Source: Blasia pusilla | Taxonomy: Eukaryota | Assembly: GCA_050084515.1 (NCBI GenBank) | Contig: CM114271.1 | Span: forward strand, 31,744,001-31,808,000 | DNA: 64,000 nt | Direction of reading: 5' to 3' | In this document: piece by piece, positions 41,307-53,997 of the stretch | Position numbering within the stretch: position 1 is the stretch's first letter | How the letters are laid out: every line of letters begins with the position of its first letter | Notes under the pieces: model-generated | What the model was told of the DNA's origin: nothing | Databases searched by the model: none | Seen by the model: the letters and a program-made list of their open reading frames with translations, nothing else | Translations under genes and position numbers: made by a program

Positions 41307-42476
41307 TCAATCATCCTCAGGTTCGGGCTCATAATACCGGCGCACATGCATTCCATTGACTCGCGTGGGCAAGGATTCTCCCTGTGAGGTTTCTAATTGG
41401 AGGGATCCATTATCATAGATGGCCAATACCCGGTAGGGTCCCATCCAATTTAATTTTAATTTTTCGGGGAACTTTAGTCGCCGGTTATCATACAATAGCA
41501 CTAAGTCGCCAACATTGATAGATTGTGGCCGGAGATGTCGATCGTAACGTTTCTTACGTTCTTTTTGCACTTGGGCTGTCCGTCGTAACGCGAGCATGCG
41601 TGCTTCTTCCAACTCCACTAGGGTCTCATTCCTGTGTTCGATAACTTCGTCCGCAGCTTCCGTTCTTGTGCCCTCCAATACCCGATAAGTGGGCAACGCC
41701 CATTGAATAGGTGTTAAGGGATGTACGCCATAAGTCAGGAAGAACGGGGTGTAGTTTGTCGTCACCTTCTCAACTGTTCGGTACGCCCATAATGCTGGGG
41801 CAATTTTTGTGTCCCAATCATAGGAATAGGTTACCGTTAATCGATTCAATATTCGGCAAATGAGGCCATTCGATTTTTCCGTCAACCCGTTGGCTTTAGG
41901 GTTGTAGGGAGTGGTTTTCTGATGCTTAATGAGAAAGTGGGAAGTGAGAGACTCAATAGACTGGTTCAGGAAGTGCGTCCCCCGGTCACTGACTAGTTCC
42001 AACGGACAGCCATAACGCGTGATAATCATCTCGTATAAAAACTTAGCCACTGTTTCACTGTCATCTTTCCGTGTGGCTACTGCTTCAACCATCTTAGTAC
42101 AATAGTCCGTGGCGATAAGAATATACTTCCGCCGGGTTTGGCGAGTGGCCGGGGAGATAGGGCCTACGAAGTCAATGCCCCATTTTTCAAAAGGAGCTAG
42201 GGGCATGATGGGGACCAAAGGCCACCGCGAGTCGCTGTGGGTCGACCGCCTTTGACAGGCATCACAACTCCGAATAAAATTACCTACATCTTTGTACATA
42301 GTCGGCCACCAATATCGTGCGGCCAAAATTTTCTTCACGGTATTTTTTACCGCATAGTGTCCACCGGAATCAGCCACATGCAGAGCTCTGATGACCTGGG
42401 GAACCTCTTCAGCTTCCAAGCATCTTCGATGCTCTTCATCAGCACCTAATTTGAATAAGACCCTTGATGAGCTCAT
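41307..42476 (-). CDS. Gypsy integrase portion of pol
   Basis: HHCC (H…GGHY…CDACQ), KWGIDFVGP, LVSDRGTHF, PKANGLTEKSN and the GPY/F motif WMGPYRV. Confidence 0.93.
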   Translation of the reverse strand: MSSSRVLFKLGADEEHRRCLEAEEVPQVIRALHVADSGGHYAVKNTVKKILAARYWWPTMYKDVGNFIRSCDACQRRSTHSDSRWPLVPIMPLAPFEKWGIDFVGPISPATRQTRRKYILIATDYCTKMVEAVATRKDDSETVAKFLYEMIITRYGCPLELVSDRGTHFLNQSIESLTSHFLIKHQKTTPYNPKANGLTEKSNGLICRILNRLTVTYSYDWDTKIAPALWAYRTVEKVTTNYTPFFLTYGVHPLTPIQWALPTYRVLEGTRTEAADEVIEHRNETLVELEEARMLALRRTAQVQKERKKRYDRHLRPQSINVGDLVLLYDNRRLKFPEKLKLNWMGPYRVLAIYDNGSLQLETSQGESLPTRVNGMHVRRYYEPEPEDD

Positions 42477-44857
42477 AAGGGCCTATCCGATGTAAAAAAC
42501 TGCGCGTTCTTCCGCCGTCATCGGGGCGGAAGTCGCAGAGTCATTAAAAACGCAGAATATTCGTGATACAACGATCGGCTCAACTGCGTTCCTCTATGAT
42601 CCGGAAAACAGATCTTCATCGGAAAGGTATCATCGATGATTGGGTGAGGTCCGCGTTTGTCATCCTCAACCGGAAAGAAAATCGGCATTGGTATGCACCT
42701 TGCCGCACGGGTCACCACATCGAATGTGAATTCTTGTAGCAACAAGATCCACCGTGCAATGCGTCTTAACAGTCGGCTTTCACCATTAAGGGTCCGAGTG
42801 CAAAATGATCCACATGAAAGACAAATTGCACCCTAATAAATAGTGTCGGAACTTTTACACGAAGAAGACCATGCCTAACGCCTCTCGTTCGGTGGTTGTA
42901 TATTTCTCTTTGTCACCGATAGTTGTCGGCCGGCGTAGTAAATTGGAAAATCATGTTTGTGCTCATCCAATTGGCTGAGCACTACTCCAATGGCAAAGGA
43001 GGACGTGTCTACATACACGTGGAAGGGTTTGGTCCAATCGGGGACCAAGGCACAGAGCCTTCGCAACGCGTCTTTTAAGGTGTCGAATGCCACTTGGCAC
43101 GCTGGTGTCCACTCCCATTCGTGGTCTTCTTAAGTAATGCAAGAAGAGCCGCTTTTACCGCGTAATCTTTAATGAACCATCGATAATACCCGACATGGCC
43201 CAAGAATCCTCTCAATTCCCGGAGATTAGTGGGTGGTTCCAATGCAACGATAATATCCACCTTGGCCTTGTCGACCTCAATTCCTTGCGCCGACACTCGG
43301 TGTCCCTGCAGAATTCCTTGTTTCATAGCGATATAGGATTTGTCCGGATGAAGGGACAAATGCACCAGCGACAACGTCTGAGTGTTAACTCTAACTTTTC
43401 AAGATGTTCGGCCTCCGTGCTAAAGATAAAAAATCGTCTAAAAAGATTTCGATTTAACTTCCGGTTACTCCTGGAAGATGGAGATCATCATCGTTGGAAA
43501 GTAGTGGGGCATTGCACAACCCAAAAGGCATTACGCGATATGCGAAAGTTCCCGATCCGTCGTGAACGTTGGGAGGGGACGATCCTTTTTCTTATGGATA
43601 CCTGGTTGTACCCCGAATACCCGCCCAAAAGGTATACCGCCGTGCCCGGCCACTTTATCCAAAATATCGCCGGTAAAAGGTAGAGGATGGTGGTCTTTAA
43701 GGTGGCCGCATTTAATTTTCGATAGTCCTGGCACACTCGGATTTTGCCCGTTTGTTTTTAGGCACAATTACGATGGGCGACACCCACTCGCCGCTTAACA
43801 CCGGATAGATTATTCTGCGCCGAGACGCTAATCGATCTCGCCCTTGACTAACAATGAGTACTTTGGGTTCAATCGATATTGTCGCATTCGCACCTTAGGG
43901 ACAACGCTTCTTTAAGATCAATTCGTGTTCACCATATTGTGCGGGAATGCCTCTCATTTCATCCATAGAGTATGCAAAGACATCCAAATACTCAAACAAT
44001 AGTCTTTTATATTTTATAAGAGTGGGAGGAGACAAATCCGCCGAAAGGCGTAGAGATTTTTTATCTGCAATATTGACCTGGACATAGTCCTGCTCCTGAA
44101 CCATGTTTTCTGTAAACTAGAAGGTGCTATGACCTAGCTTCTTTTCCTCTCGAGTCGACCTTGGCTTGGAGGGTACTGACTCCTCATCTATTTCATAACA
44201 TTCTAAATAATATACATTGGACGAGGACTCAGTAGCGGTGGTGTTGTCTTGATCTGACGTATAGCCGTCGTCAGTCAGTGGCGTCTCTCCTTGGGGTGGT
44301 CGAGATTTCCACGATAGCTTGATGAGCCGCTTCGAGTCCTGATTCGGCGCCTAGAACGTGAACCGTCGCCTTTTCCAATATGTAGTCACTCTCGCGCCAT
44401 ACAACTAGGGTCTTCCGATGAGCAAAGGATAGCCCGTCGCGGTCAGGGGCTATAAGACTAAGTAGTCCAACATAAACAACACCCCCCCGAGCATGGTCGG
44501 AATTTGCGTGAGCTGTCCGAGGGGTCTCTTCCGGGATTGATCTGCAAACCGCAAGTACTTGTCTGTGGGCTCGTACACCGTGTACCCTAGGGCCCGAGCT
44601 GTTTGCTCCGTCATAATATTGATTCCGCTTCCGGAATCAATGGGGACCTTCTTAATGGTATGGCCCTCAATCTCCACCTCCACTTCGGGGGCTCCCAAGT
44701 CCTCGACTTGGATACGGAACAGGTCCACCACTAGCAACTGCTTCGCTGCCTTCCTAGGTCTTTTGCGGCTGATTTTCCATTGCTGCAGGATTTTTCCGTA
44801 TACTGGGTTATCCATTAGCAACTGCAGCAGGGTTATGTTGGCCGGTGTTGACGCCAA
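42477..44857 (-). pseudogene. Gypsy protease, RT and RNase H (frameshifted)
   Basis: VPIDSGSGINIM, CQDYRKLNAAT, GYSGYNQV, LRGFLGHVGYYRWFIKDYA, FHVYVDTSSFAIG and LLQEFTF. Confidence 0.9.
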
Positions 44858-47026
44858 GTCCTCAAGAAATAAATGACGCTTCTAGGACTAGTGGTGATGT
44901 CGCCATGGCTTGGATCGTGACAGGTTGGCCTTTGCCTTCTCTGGGGTCTGTTTCCCCTCTGGTTCCTGGGCCTCCCGCACTTGAGCACGGACCTGGTCCT
45001 CCACGTCCTGATGGAAGTATTTCGGATGACTTCGGTCAAAGGCCGGGTCCACATCGCCTTTGAGGATGGCCTTTCCGACACGTAAGGTGTTCACCGCTTT
45101 GTTCTTGGGCTCCTGAGCTTCGCGCGAAGACGAAGCACCCTTCTTTACCTTTGGGGTCCCCGCGGTTTGACTCTTTGATCTCGTGGTGACCGCCAACACT
45201 GTTTCTTGAAATTCTTTGGGCCAGTCCGATGATTCTTCGTTGGCCCCTTGGGTCGAGTCTTCCTCGCTGATGGTGACTCGCTTTGGTCTCGGGGACACTA
45301 CTTCTTCCACCCGGACCAGTTGTACATTTACATCGTTCTTGGGCTCTGGTTGAGCCGCTGGAGTATTTACATACCTGACCAATAAACGTGGGACCTTAGG
45401 CTCGGGCATTCCACGGCGGTGTGCCGCCTTTCTTGCGTTCCGCGATAAGGGATTGAGTCCCACGGTCGCCGGTTTGGGCAATTATTGGCCCAGTGGTCTG
45501 CTGCGCCACAGTTATAACAACAATTTCTCTTGATGGGTGGCGTGAAGGCCGCCGCACCCATAATCTGTCTCAAAGGTCTCTGTTCTCCGTATTCCGGAGG
45601 TACATACCGCGTGATCCAGCTTCTTCCAGGGTTTGGGGGTGGCACCGCTTGCACGGCATAACACCCTTCCCACTGTTTTGGTTCATACCATCCTTCTTCA
45701 ATAGGGGCCTCTTCTTGGACCCACCGCAGATCCCGCTGAGCAGGGTATTCTTGTACACTATGCCCCTGGGTTCCACAACTACTACACCAAACGTTGGGCC
45801 TCATCAGCCCGGGTCGTCTTCTGGGGTCCTTCTGGGCCGCCAGATGTACCTTCAACTCAGCCATTTGTTTACTGAGTTCCTCCATGGCCGATTTGCCGGC
45901 CTTCCTTGCCGTCCCTCTTACCGGACTTTCCGACCGCTGAGGACGACGCTTGGTACTTGGTCGGGTTTTAGTCTGGTGCTTGGGGGAGCGATGACGCCTG
46001 CTCTTCCCTTTCCTTTTAGCTTTTACCTCCTGCTCCGAGTCCGAGGGCTCGGACGAATCCTCTGTAGAGGATTCCGTGTCGGTGAAGGACGCTTCGTCTT
46101 CGGACGAAGCACTAGTCTGCGACGCCCCTCTTCGTTGGTGACGCCGTCTTCGTGTTCGGCGGGACTTTTCTGAAGCTTCGTACGCCTCAATAGAGGCTAT
46201 GACTGCCTCTAGGGAATCCCGTTGACCTCTCCGGCAATACCTATCCATTTCTTTGGACAAGCCAGACACGAACCAATCTACCAATTGGGAGGTAGTCGTG
46301 TGTTCTAGCTTATTCACAAGGCTCCGGAACCGTTGGGTATATTCCCGGAGAGTTTCCTTCTTTCTTCGCTTCAAGTCGCGAAGCTTTGTAAGAAGCCTGT
46401 CCTCGAACTCCAAGTCGCGGAACTCATGTAGGAAGGATTCCACGACCCTTTTCCAGGTCTCCGTGACCTTCATACCACTGGCTTGCTCGCTTCTTGAGCA
46501 GGCCCGGGAAGACTCGTAACAAATCCTCCTCTGCCCCTTCCCCGTTGGCTTTTGCGACATGGGTGAATTCAAGAATAAAGTTATCCACATCGTCTCGTCG
46601 GCCTCCAGCAAAGGTGGGGTACCTTAGCAGAGTTTTTATAGTGTTGGCCATGGGCACTGCTCTCCTGCTAGCTCCCGGGCTTGATGCTCGAGAAGGAGGA
46701 GGTAAAGGTGCCGCCCGAGGTGCTCTGATCGGCTCCTCGCCCCCTGACTCCCCAAAGGGATCCTAGGACGACTCTTCGTCCGACTGCGAGCTGGCAGGGG
46801 ACGTAGTGGACAATTTTTCCCTTTCTTTCTTCTTGGTCTTCGTCTTTGGACGAGGACGAAGACTCGGAGACGAACCAGGGGGTCTCCAAGCCGGTTCTTC
46901 GCTCCTCGCCGCCATCTGCGATCGCTCGGCCGCTCTCGCGAAGAGGGCTGAGAGCCTTCCATAAGTCTCTTGGGGGATTTGGCAACTCGCAATCACCCCC
47001 ACGGTGGCGATAGGGTAAGGGTCCAT
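44858..47026 (-). pseudogene. Gypsy gag with zinc knuckles (disrupted)
   Basis: ATG at 47026, retrotransposon-gag core (ASQWY…ETLREYTQRF), CSSCGTQGH and CYNCGAADHWANNC. Confidence 0.85.
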
Positions 47027-47391
47027 GGATGGAGGTTAACTACTGATTCTTTTTACATCTACAGGAGGGTGCCTGGTGCTCCTATGCTTCCTGCCAGGTT
47101 TTCCTCCCATAGACAGAAGAACTGGGTTTTCACCAAGTACCACTATCGTCCATGGGCGAAACACCGTTCGGCGACCGGTTCTTTGACCATTCTATTTAGT
47201 TGGCCTATTTTCTTTAGCACCAATGCAGCAACTGTATTGTTATCTTCAAGCATACATTGTCTTACAGGGGTCGCTAGAGCTAGCCGATGGTCTTTAGTAA
47301 GAATTAGAATGTGGGTTGTCTAGGAGCGAAGCTTCTTTCTCCGTTCCCTGCTTCCCCATGGGTCTTTCTCTCCCTTCTCAGCCAAGGATAT

Positions 47392-47411
47392 GATCCCCGG
47401 CAGCGGCGCCA
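47392..47411 (-). promoter_or_regulatory. PBS complementary to the 3' end of tRNA-Asp
   Basis: Minus strand TGGCGCCGCTGCCGGGGATC differs at one position from the Athila-type TGGCGCCGTTGCCGGGGATC. Confidence 0.88.
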
Positions 47412-47428
47412 AAAAGTCTTCGACTATA

Positions 47429-48584
47429 TGTAATGTCTAAGTGTTTCTTATTTACAGTCAATTGTAGAGTTCGATCCCCAAGAGGATCATTGTTGGATGA
47501 AAAGAGAGTATAAGGTGATGATTATGTTGTAAAAGGGTAATTGATTATGTAATTCAATTGTAGTATTCCAGTATCAGCTTCCGATCCTTCTTAGTACCTA
47601 TGTTTTCTTCTTCAATTCTCTCGAGTGGAGTTTAAAGGACGCTCAGGCAAGTTGTTCTCTCATCATCTCGGAACCTCACAGAGACCTCAAGAATAAAGCT
47701 GGCTTCTCCTACTTTCGGAACTCAATCCGTCGGGGCAGGTTACTCTCTGTCAAACAGATTTCATACAACTTTATATTGATTATTCCATTGATGAGAAAGG
47801 TGCGCCTGATTCACTCTTCACTCGGCAGACCCAAAAAGAATGTTCAGACATAAGCATCGCACATCAGAATGAATGAATGAATGCTTTACTACTCCATCAA
47901 GAATTGGAAGACTTCAAAGTATCTACAAGCTCGAGAGGGTACATCTCTCTTGCTTGGACCATTCCTACAGCATAAGGACGTCATGAGCGAATGATGCTAA
48001 TAGCTTCTGTCCTGTTTCTTAAATATTCTCGAGAGTAGGATCGTTTCTATGATCCGAAGAGTTCTTGATGAAGTTGGTGTCTTTTCAATATCTGTAACTA
48101 CCTAGATGTATGGTTCTCTTAGCTTTTCCTACGATCCCTATGAATCCGCGGTACAAAACTGTCCTAACTACCAATTTGATACAAAGGGTCGCGCCCTTTC
48201 CTAGTCTCATTCTGTAAATTATGTGTCGTTTCGAATCTCAATTTGCTGCGCTAAATTTCCGGAGGACGAAGTGCTTCCTTCTTCTTCGCTCTTCGTGCTT
48301 CGCTGAAGAACGAGATACTTCGTATATAGAGCTTCGTTAGACTTTGTTAAGCTTTGCTGGGCTTCGCTGAGCTTCGCGTAGAGCCTTTATACTTCTTTAC
48401 AGCTTTTGACTCTCCTCTAAGGCAAATCCTTGATCTTCATCTCTCTGCCTTGTCTTAGGAGCTTGGTGATTCACTTATTTCTTCTTGATAATAATAGATA
48501 ATCATAATCAAAATCATAATATACAAGAGTCTTCGTTGAATAAAATGATATATTCTTCAAGATTACAAAATTGTGGGTATCACA
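47429..48584 (-). repeat. Gypsy 5' LTR (1156 bp)
   Basis: TGTAATG…TATCACA, bounded by the PBS spacer and the TSD. Confidence 0.92.
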
Positions 48585-50429
48585 GTTCTCACCGCTAGTG
48601 AAATGGCCACTTTCTTGGGAAGGGTTGAATCTTTGAAAGTGCCAACTGGCTATCGCGGTGAGTTGAAAAAACTTGTGGTGAAGAAGAGATTGGGGAACAT
48701 GAAGTCTCATGACTACCATGTATTTATCCAACAAATTCTACCTTTTTGTCTTGAAGGTCTCATGAGCAAAGATGTGAGGACAACGGTTCTGATATTATGT
48801 AGAGTTATGAGGAATCTTTCACAAAATTTTGGGACGTACACATTATCCCCAACTTCATGAAGGCGTAGCTATCATCTTTTTTTTGCTTGAAATGTATTTT
48901 CCTCCAGCCTTTTTTAATGTAATGACCCATCTGCTCATTCATCTAGTGGAGGAGCTAGACATGTGTGGGCCAGTAGCATGTAGATGGATGTTCCTTTTTG
49001 AAAGGTATGTGGGAGTTATGAAGAAATATGTAAGGTCAAAAGCCCGTCCATAAGCATGTATGGTCGAGGTTTTAGATGAAGTTATGGGATTTGTGACAAC
49101 ATATATGAGAAGGTTTAAGCCAATTCATGCTCGAGTATGGGATGATGGTGAGGAAGGTGATGTTTTGGGGGTAGAATTAGAGGATCAAGGAGTCCAAGTT
49201 TGACTTTCGTGATCTACTATCGACATGGCACATCAATACATTTTGCATGATACCAAATGTATGGTGAAGTGGCACAAGTAAGGCCTCAAACCCTTCAATA
49301 CATAGTGGCTAGCTTGCTTGCATTTCCAACTTCAAATTTCAATGTCCAACCCTCATCCACACACATTGATAGAAGCTTATATTTTATAGGTTATTCAAAC
49401 ATGACAAGAAGAGAGACAACACCTTAGCAAATGTCTCGTTTTTGGATTGGGTACGGCCAGCCATCATCCACACATGTCATAGACTTAAAAAACCTCTTGA
49501 CCAAGAGGCTCTTGCCTTCTCTATACCCCCAACAAGCAAAATGCCATTGTACATAAGCATGAGACCTTACTATAATCATTATAGGATAGACAATGTTGGA
49601 ACTATACCCTTCTCTACATATGATAGTGACATTGGAGCCATATTTGTGGGCAATGATAATTTCAATCCATCCCACCCAAGGTGCTCTTATTTGTATGTGG
49701 GAGTTTTGGTTGACATTTTAGTTTTTGATTCTCACATTATTAGGGAGCCAGTAGTTCTTATGAGAGGTCGTTGGACTAGGGCAGATTGGTCATCTCATAG
49801 ACCATCTATAAAGCAAGATAGCAAAGGGTTTCTCCTTGCTAATTTGATACATGTGGAGCCACAAGATCATGAACCTTTTGTCTTCCCTTCGCAAGTCGAA
49901 CAAGTTTTTTATGGTGATATTGGTGATGGAAGTGGATGGAGAGTGGTATTGAAGAAAAAAGCCCGATCTCATAGATGTTTTGCGAGAGACGAAGATGCAA
50001 CCAATGAAAATAATTTGGATTTCTATGGATTAGAAATTCCTACAAATTTTCCTATAATTATAAAATCTCCTTGTGTAGCTCCTAGTATAGAGTTAAGTGA
50101 TGTTGAAATTAATATCTCAATGAAGGATTTCAGTAATGTGGATGTAGTGTTAAGATCCATAAATCTATGATATGAGAGTTCCGACTCAGATAATTCATAA
50201 AACTATGATTATGAATAATACCTATTGTAGTTTGACCACATGATGTTATGCACTTTGCTGACTTTTTCATCTCAAAATTTTAATTGAAGTTAATTTCTGT
50301 CATGTAGAGGTAAGTAGTGTGTTTGCAATGCATTGCCTCTCATAGAAGGATGTTCCTAATTTTATTTTTTGATTTATGCTTCTTATTAGTGTACGCTTTA
50401 TGGTTGTTGTTGATAAAATTCCCTATGTG

Positions 50430-51770
50430 ATGTTATGGGAAGGGGCAATTGATTGGCAATAAATACCAAGGACTTTGAATGGACCTTGGATTCTACTTGC
50501 ACTGTTCGAACAACTCAGGGGAAGGTGGATTTGGATGCCCTTCTCATGAGTGAGGGATTCTATGATGCTTAGGGCGAGTTACCATATGGGATAGAACACT
50601 ATATTTGGGTTCTTAGAATGGAAAGGAGTAAAACCAGGAGTGCTTTAAAAATGAAATTTGTTGGGAGTTACAATGATGTTAGTGACCCATGTTGGCAACC
50701 CTTTAAGGAAGACAATGACAAAGGCATTGACTAAGCTAACAAGTCTTGTGAGTGGAGTTGTGATAGTACTGGAATTGCAAAAGTGGGAGAGACAAGGGCA
50801 GATCTGGAAGCAATCTTACAAAGTGATGGAAAATGTGATGCTCAAGGAGAGTTACCCTATGGAAAAGAACAACAAATCTGGTTTCTTAGAAGGAAGTGCG
50901 AAAGAGAAAAATGTGTCACTCATGTTGCATGTTTCTCAAAAGACACATGTAAAATAGAACATGCCACTTACGAGATGGAACGAAACGACTCTTATGATGC
51001 AATGTTGGATGGTGCAATTACAAAGGTAAATCTTGAAGAAACATTTGAAGAGGGCGACAAAAAGGCTGGTTTAATTCCTGAATATTGTGCAGATAGAGCA
51101 TCAAGTCCGGAGGATCTTTGTGAAGATGGGCATTTGGACATCTCTTCACACATGACTAACTCCATTGAAACAATCTTATTGGTTGGAAACCCAACAATTC
51201 AAATGGCCAATAGAGGACCAGACAAAGGAGTAGGCTTAAATTCTCACTCTGATTCTGTTTATGATTCTGATACTAACTCATACGCAAAATTACGTGCCCG
51301 CAAGATCAGACAAAGGAAGGAGCTTGAGACAAGCCTTGTTCAAGGAATTTTATAGCTTCTACATAACCTATATTGTGTTTTTTCTTGTGGTATTCTTTAA
51401 GGTTCTTGTTTTCTTATAATTGGGCTTTCTGTTTCATTTTGAAAGTAGATTGGGGTTTAGGGAAGGTTGAAGACTTGCAAGTGTATTATCCATAGTGCTA
51501 ACAAGTCTGTACATGTTGCATATGTTGGTAGCAGTGATCTCTGCCATAAAAAAGAGGCCTCCAGAAAGAGGCCTAGCTTGGTGGTGGTACATCCTAAATT
51601 ACCTCCTCGGAGAAGTGCAAGAATTTCCTCATCCTCACAACCAAGGAATTTCATTGAGGATGGATCTACAATGCATGAGGATGAGGATGTGGATCCAAAC
51701 TACAAGGTGGAAGAAGAACCCATGTGTTCAAGTGAAGAAGATAGCCCAAATCTGCCCCCAAAAGTATGAA
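50430..51770 (+). pseudogene. Second, probably CACTA-borne gene remnant of unknown function with an internally repeated domain
   Basis: One reading frame from ~50430 to 51355 with two stops and a duplicated GELPYG motif; further exon-like ORF at 51467-51769. Confidence 0.45.
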
Positions 51771-52095
51771 ATTATCCCTTCAATTTGTATCATTTTGTCA
51801 TTTATTGATATCTTCACTTGCAAAAGTTACTTTGTGGAATCCAAATTAATTTATGGGATTGTTGATTGTTTTATGTGTTGGCTAGATATCTAGGTTTCCC
51901 TTGGACCAGGTCCTTCTAGATCAATTGCTCCTGGTTAAGATTCATCCCGGCCGACTAATGGTAGATCTGGGGTAGACCCTGGAAATATAAGTTTTCTTGC
52001 TCTTATTTCCTTGTTGTTTTAAAACTATGAACTCACCTTGTCTTCAATTACATCAAGTAGTTTCAAAATATCAGGTTGACACTTTCAGATTACTA

Positions 52096-52619
52096 CACTA
52101 GAAGGAATGCATTGTTTAGACACTAGATCTTACAACTAATTTTAGTTATAAATAATAGATTAAGACTAATGACTAGCTTTACAACTAAAAATGCCCTAGT
52201 TCTAAGTAGATACCTCATCAATCCTACGTGGCATTGTGGCCATCCATGACATGGATATTTTGATACTACATAAAGTTGAGTCATCAATTGTCATAGGATG
52301 AGATGGAAATAGTGAGATGATGAGCTGGAGTGTAATAATGTGTAACACGTATAACTATTATATATTGCTATAGTTGTATCTCAGTATTGTGGATAATTTC
52401 GCTCTAAATTTAGTCTTAACTTAGTATCAAAATATACGATGTTTCCATTTCTTAGTGTGCCAAGTGGCATTTTGGAGAACTACTTTTAGTTGTAACCCAA
52501 ATCAAGTTATTGAGTTTAGTCCTACTTTTGAGGCTGTGGAGAGTTATATTGCAACTATATGTAGTTGTAAAATGCAAGTTGTAGTTGTAGAATTGTGCGG
52601 CATGACTAATTTGGTAGTG
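52096..52619. mobile_element. Short CACTA-derived element or end fragment
   Basis: Starts CACTAGAAGGAA and ends …GGTAGTG, with TACAACTA/TAGTTGTA repeats at both ends. TIRs are imperfect and no TSD was found. Confidence 0.45.
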
Positions 52620-52949
52620 GGCTGATCTAGACCAAAACTAGTTCTCATTTTGATTGTTCATGAAGTGGTATTTGTTTGAGAGTATATGATTATCTTTGAA
52701 CATTACAGAAGGCCATCTTTGAACATTACATAAGAATGATTCAAAATTGAAACATGTGAAACTATATGCAACTCTTTAGCAAGAAAGTTGAGACTAGAAT
52801 CCAACATGGTAGGGATGTATTGATATTTATTAACACATAATGCAGATTCACATTACACACTTTTAAAAAATTGAAGGTATAAGTTCAAAAACCTTCAAGC
52901 ATAATAGGAGTGAATTCCAAGTTAGGAAGAACAATCCTGTAGAAATTCA

Positions 52950-53520
52950 TATAACGTCAACAAGAGGGAAGCACCCAAACTTATACATATCAAGCTACTG
53001 TAGGCAATATCTTTTTCATTGATTTCTCAGACCATAAAATAGAACTTCCGGCTGCATGCTTCAGTTGTGTTTGTGCTGGCATGTCATCTAGGTTTGGAAA
53101 AGGCAATTCTGCATCACCTTCATGAAAAACCAAGACATCAACCTTTACAAGCTCGAGTGGAATCTATTTACCATGGCACTTGTCCCAACCAGCGATGCGA
53201 GTCACCCCTCCAATACCAACATGCTCCCATCCCTTTCGGCTTTTTGAAAGGAAAACTTGATCTCCAATTCTTAACTCCAAAGAGAAACGAAGACTTATGT
53301 TGAATACTCTTGAAGGTTTCCCCATAATTAGTCATCCTCATAACAAGAGATTAGAATATATGATCTTATCTTCTTGAGACTCCATCCATTGCTGGGATGG
53401 ATGGAAATTTCAAGATCGTAAGAGCATCCATGCACTTCTACAATGAAAATGTACATGTTATCAATTCCCAACATGGCCAGCTTGTATTTATCAAAAACCC
53501 TTTCATGGCCTCAATAGTGG
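52950..53520 (-). mobile_element. Possible very decayed LINE RT remnant
   Basis: Weak motif 'LKFPSIPAMDGVS' (PG.DG-like) with RT-like spacing downstream. Confidence 0.3.
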
Positions 53521-53877
53521 AGAACCTCATGATCATTTGTACATTGAGCAAGACCAAGATAGAATGATTACCACATGTTTCTCTTTTATATCATGGATAG
53601 TTGACAACTTCGTCTTTGGTTTTAGTTTTGTCACTTGCTCAATTTGGAAGCTCTCCTTTTCCTTTGGTAGCAACCTGTTGACTAGTAGGGATAGTGGTGG
53701 ATGGAGGCATCTGAAGTTTGGGACTATGGGCTACTGCAATATCCATATCAAGACCATCTTTTGGATGTTGCTCAAAATCAATGTTGTCACAAATAGCATT
53801 AAGTACTAGTTGGTCAGCTTTAGAAGAAGGAATGCTTGTAGGAAGAATAGACTTCTTACCTATTGCAACCACCTCCA

Positions 53878-53997
53878 TGTCAATCTATTTTATAATTGAT
53901 TTGATAATGTCAATCTATTTTATCAATGGAGAGTGCCATCAATCAATCTATTTTATCAATGGAGAGTGATTTTATCAATCTATTTTATCAATGGAGA
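53878..53997. repeat. ~30-bp tandem repeat, about 4 copies
   Basis: Units of TCAATCTATTTTATCAATGGAGAG. Confidence 0.85.

Larger units (their letters stand above)
39766..48584 (-). mobile_element. Ty3/Gypsy non-chromovirus LTR retrotransposon (Athila/Phygy-like), 8819 bp
   Basis: TG…CA ends and 5-bp TSD GTTCT (39761-39765, 48585-48589). Domain order is gag-PR-RT-RH-INT with a tRNA-Asp PBS. No chromodomain after INT. Confidence 0.95.
37704..50170 (+). pseudogene. CACTA transposase (TnpD/Tnp2) pseudogene split by the Gypsy insertion; probable introns 39457-39562 and 49278-49389
   Basis: Before the insertion: RCPCSVC, IHAYPHGCVLF, KVLRHFPII, LALDGVNPF, INDYPAYGLIS, LPYWE and LDVMHVEKNI. After it: LKVPTGY, MKSHDYHVFIQQ, YFPPAFFNVMTHLLIHLVEE…GPVACRWMF.FER and EPFVFPSQVEQVFY. 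Confidence 0.92.

Noticed and set aside
45493-46173. 226-aa plus-strand ORF
   Set aside because: Antisense shadow of GC-rich Gypsy gag.
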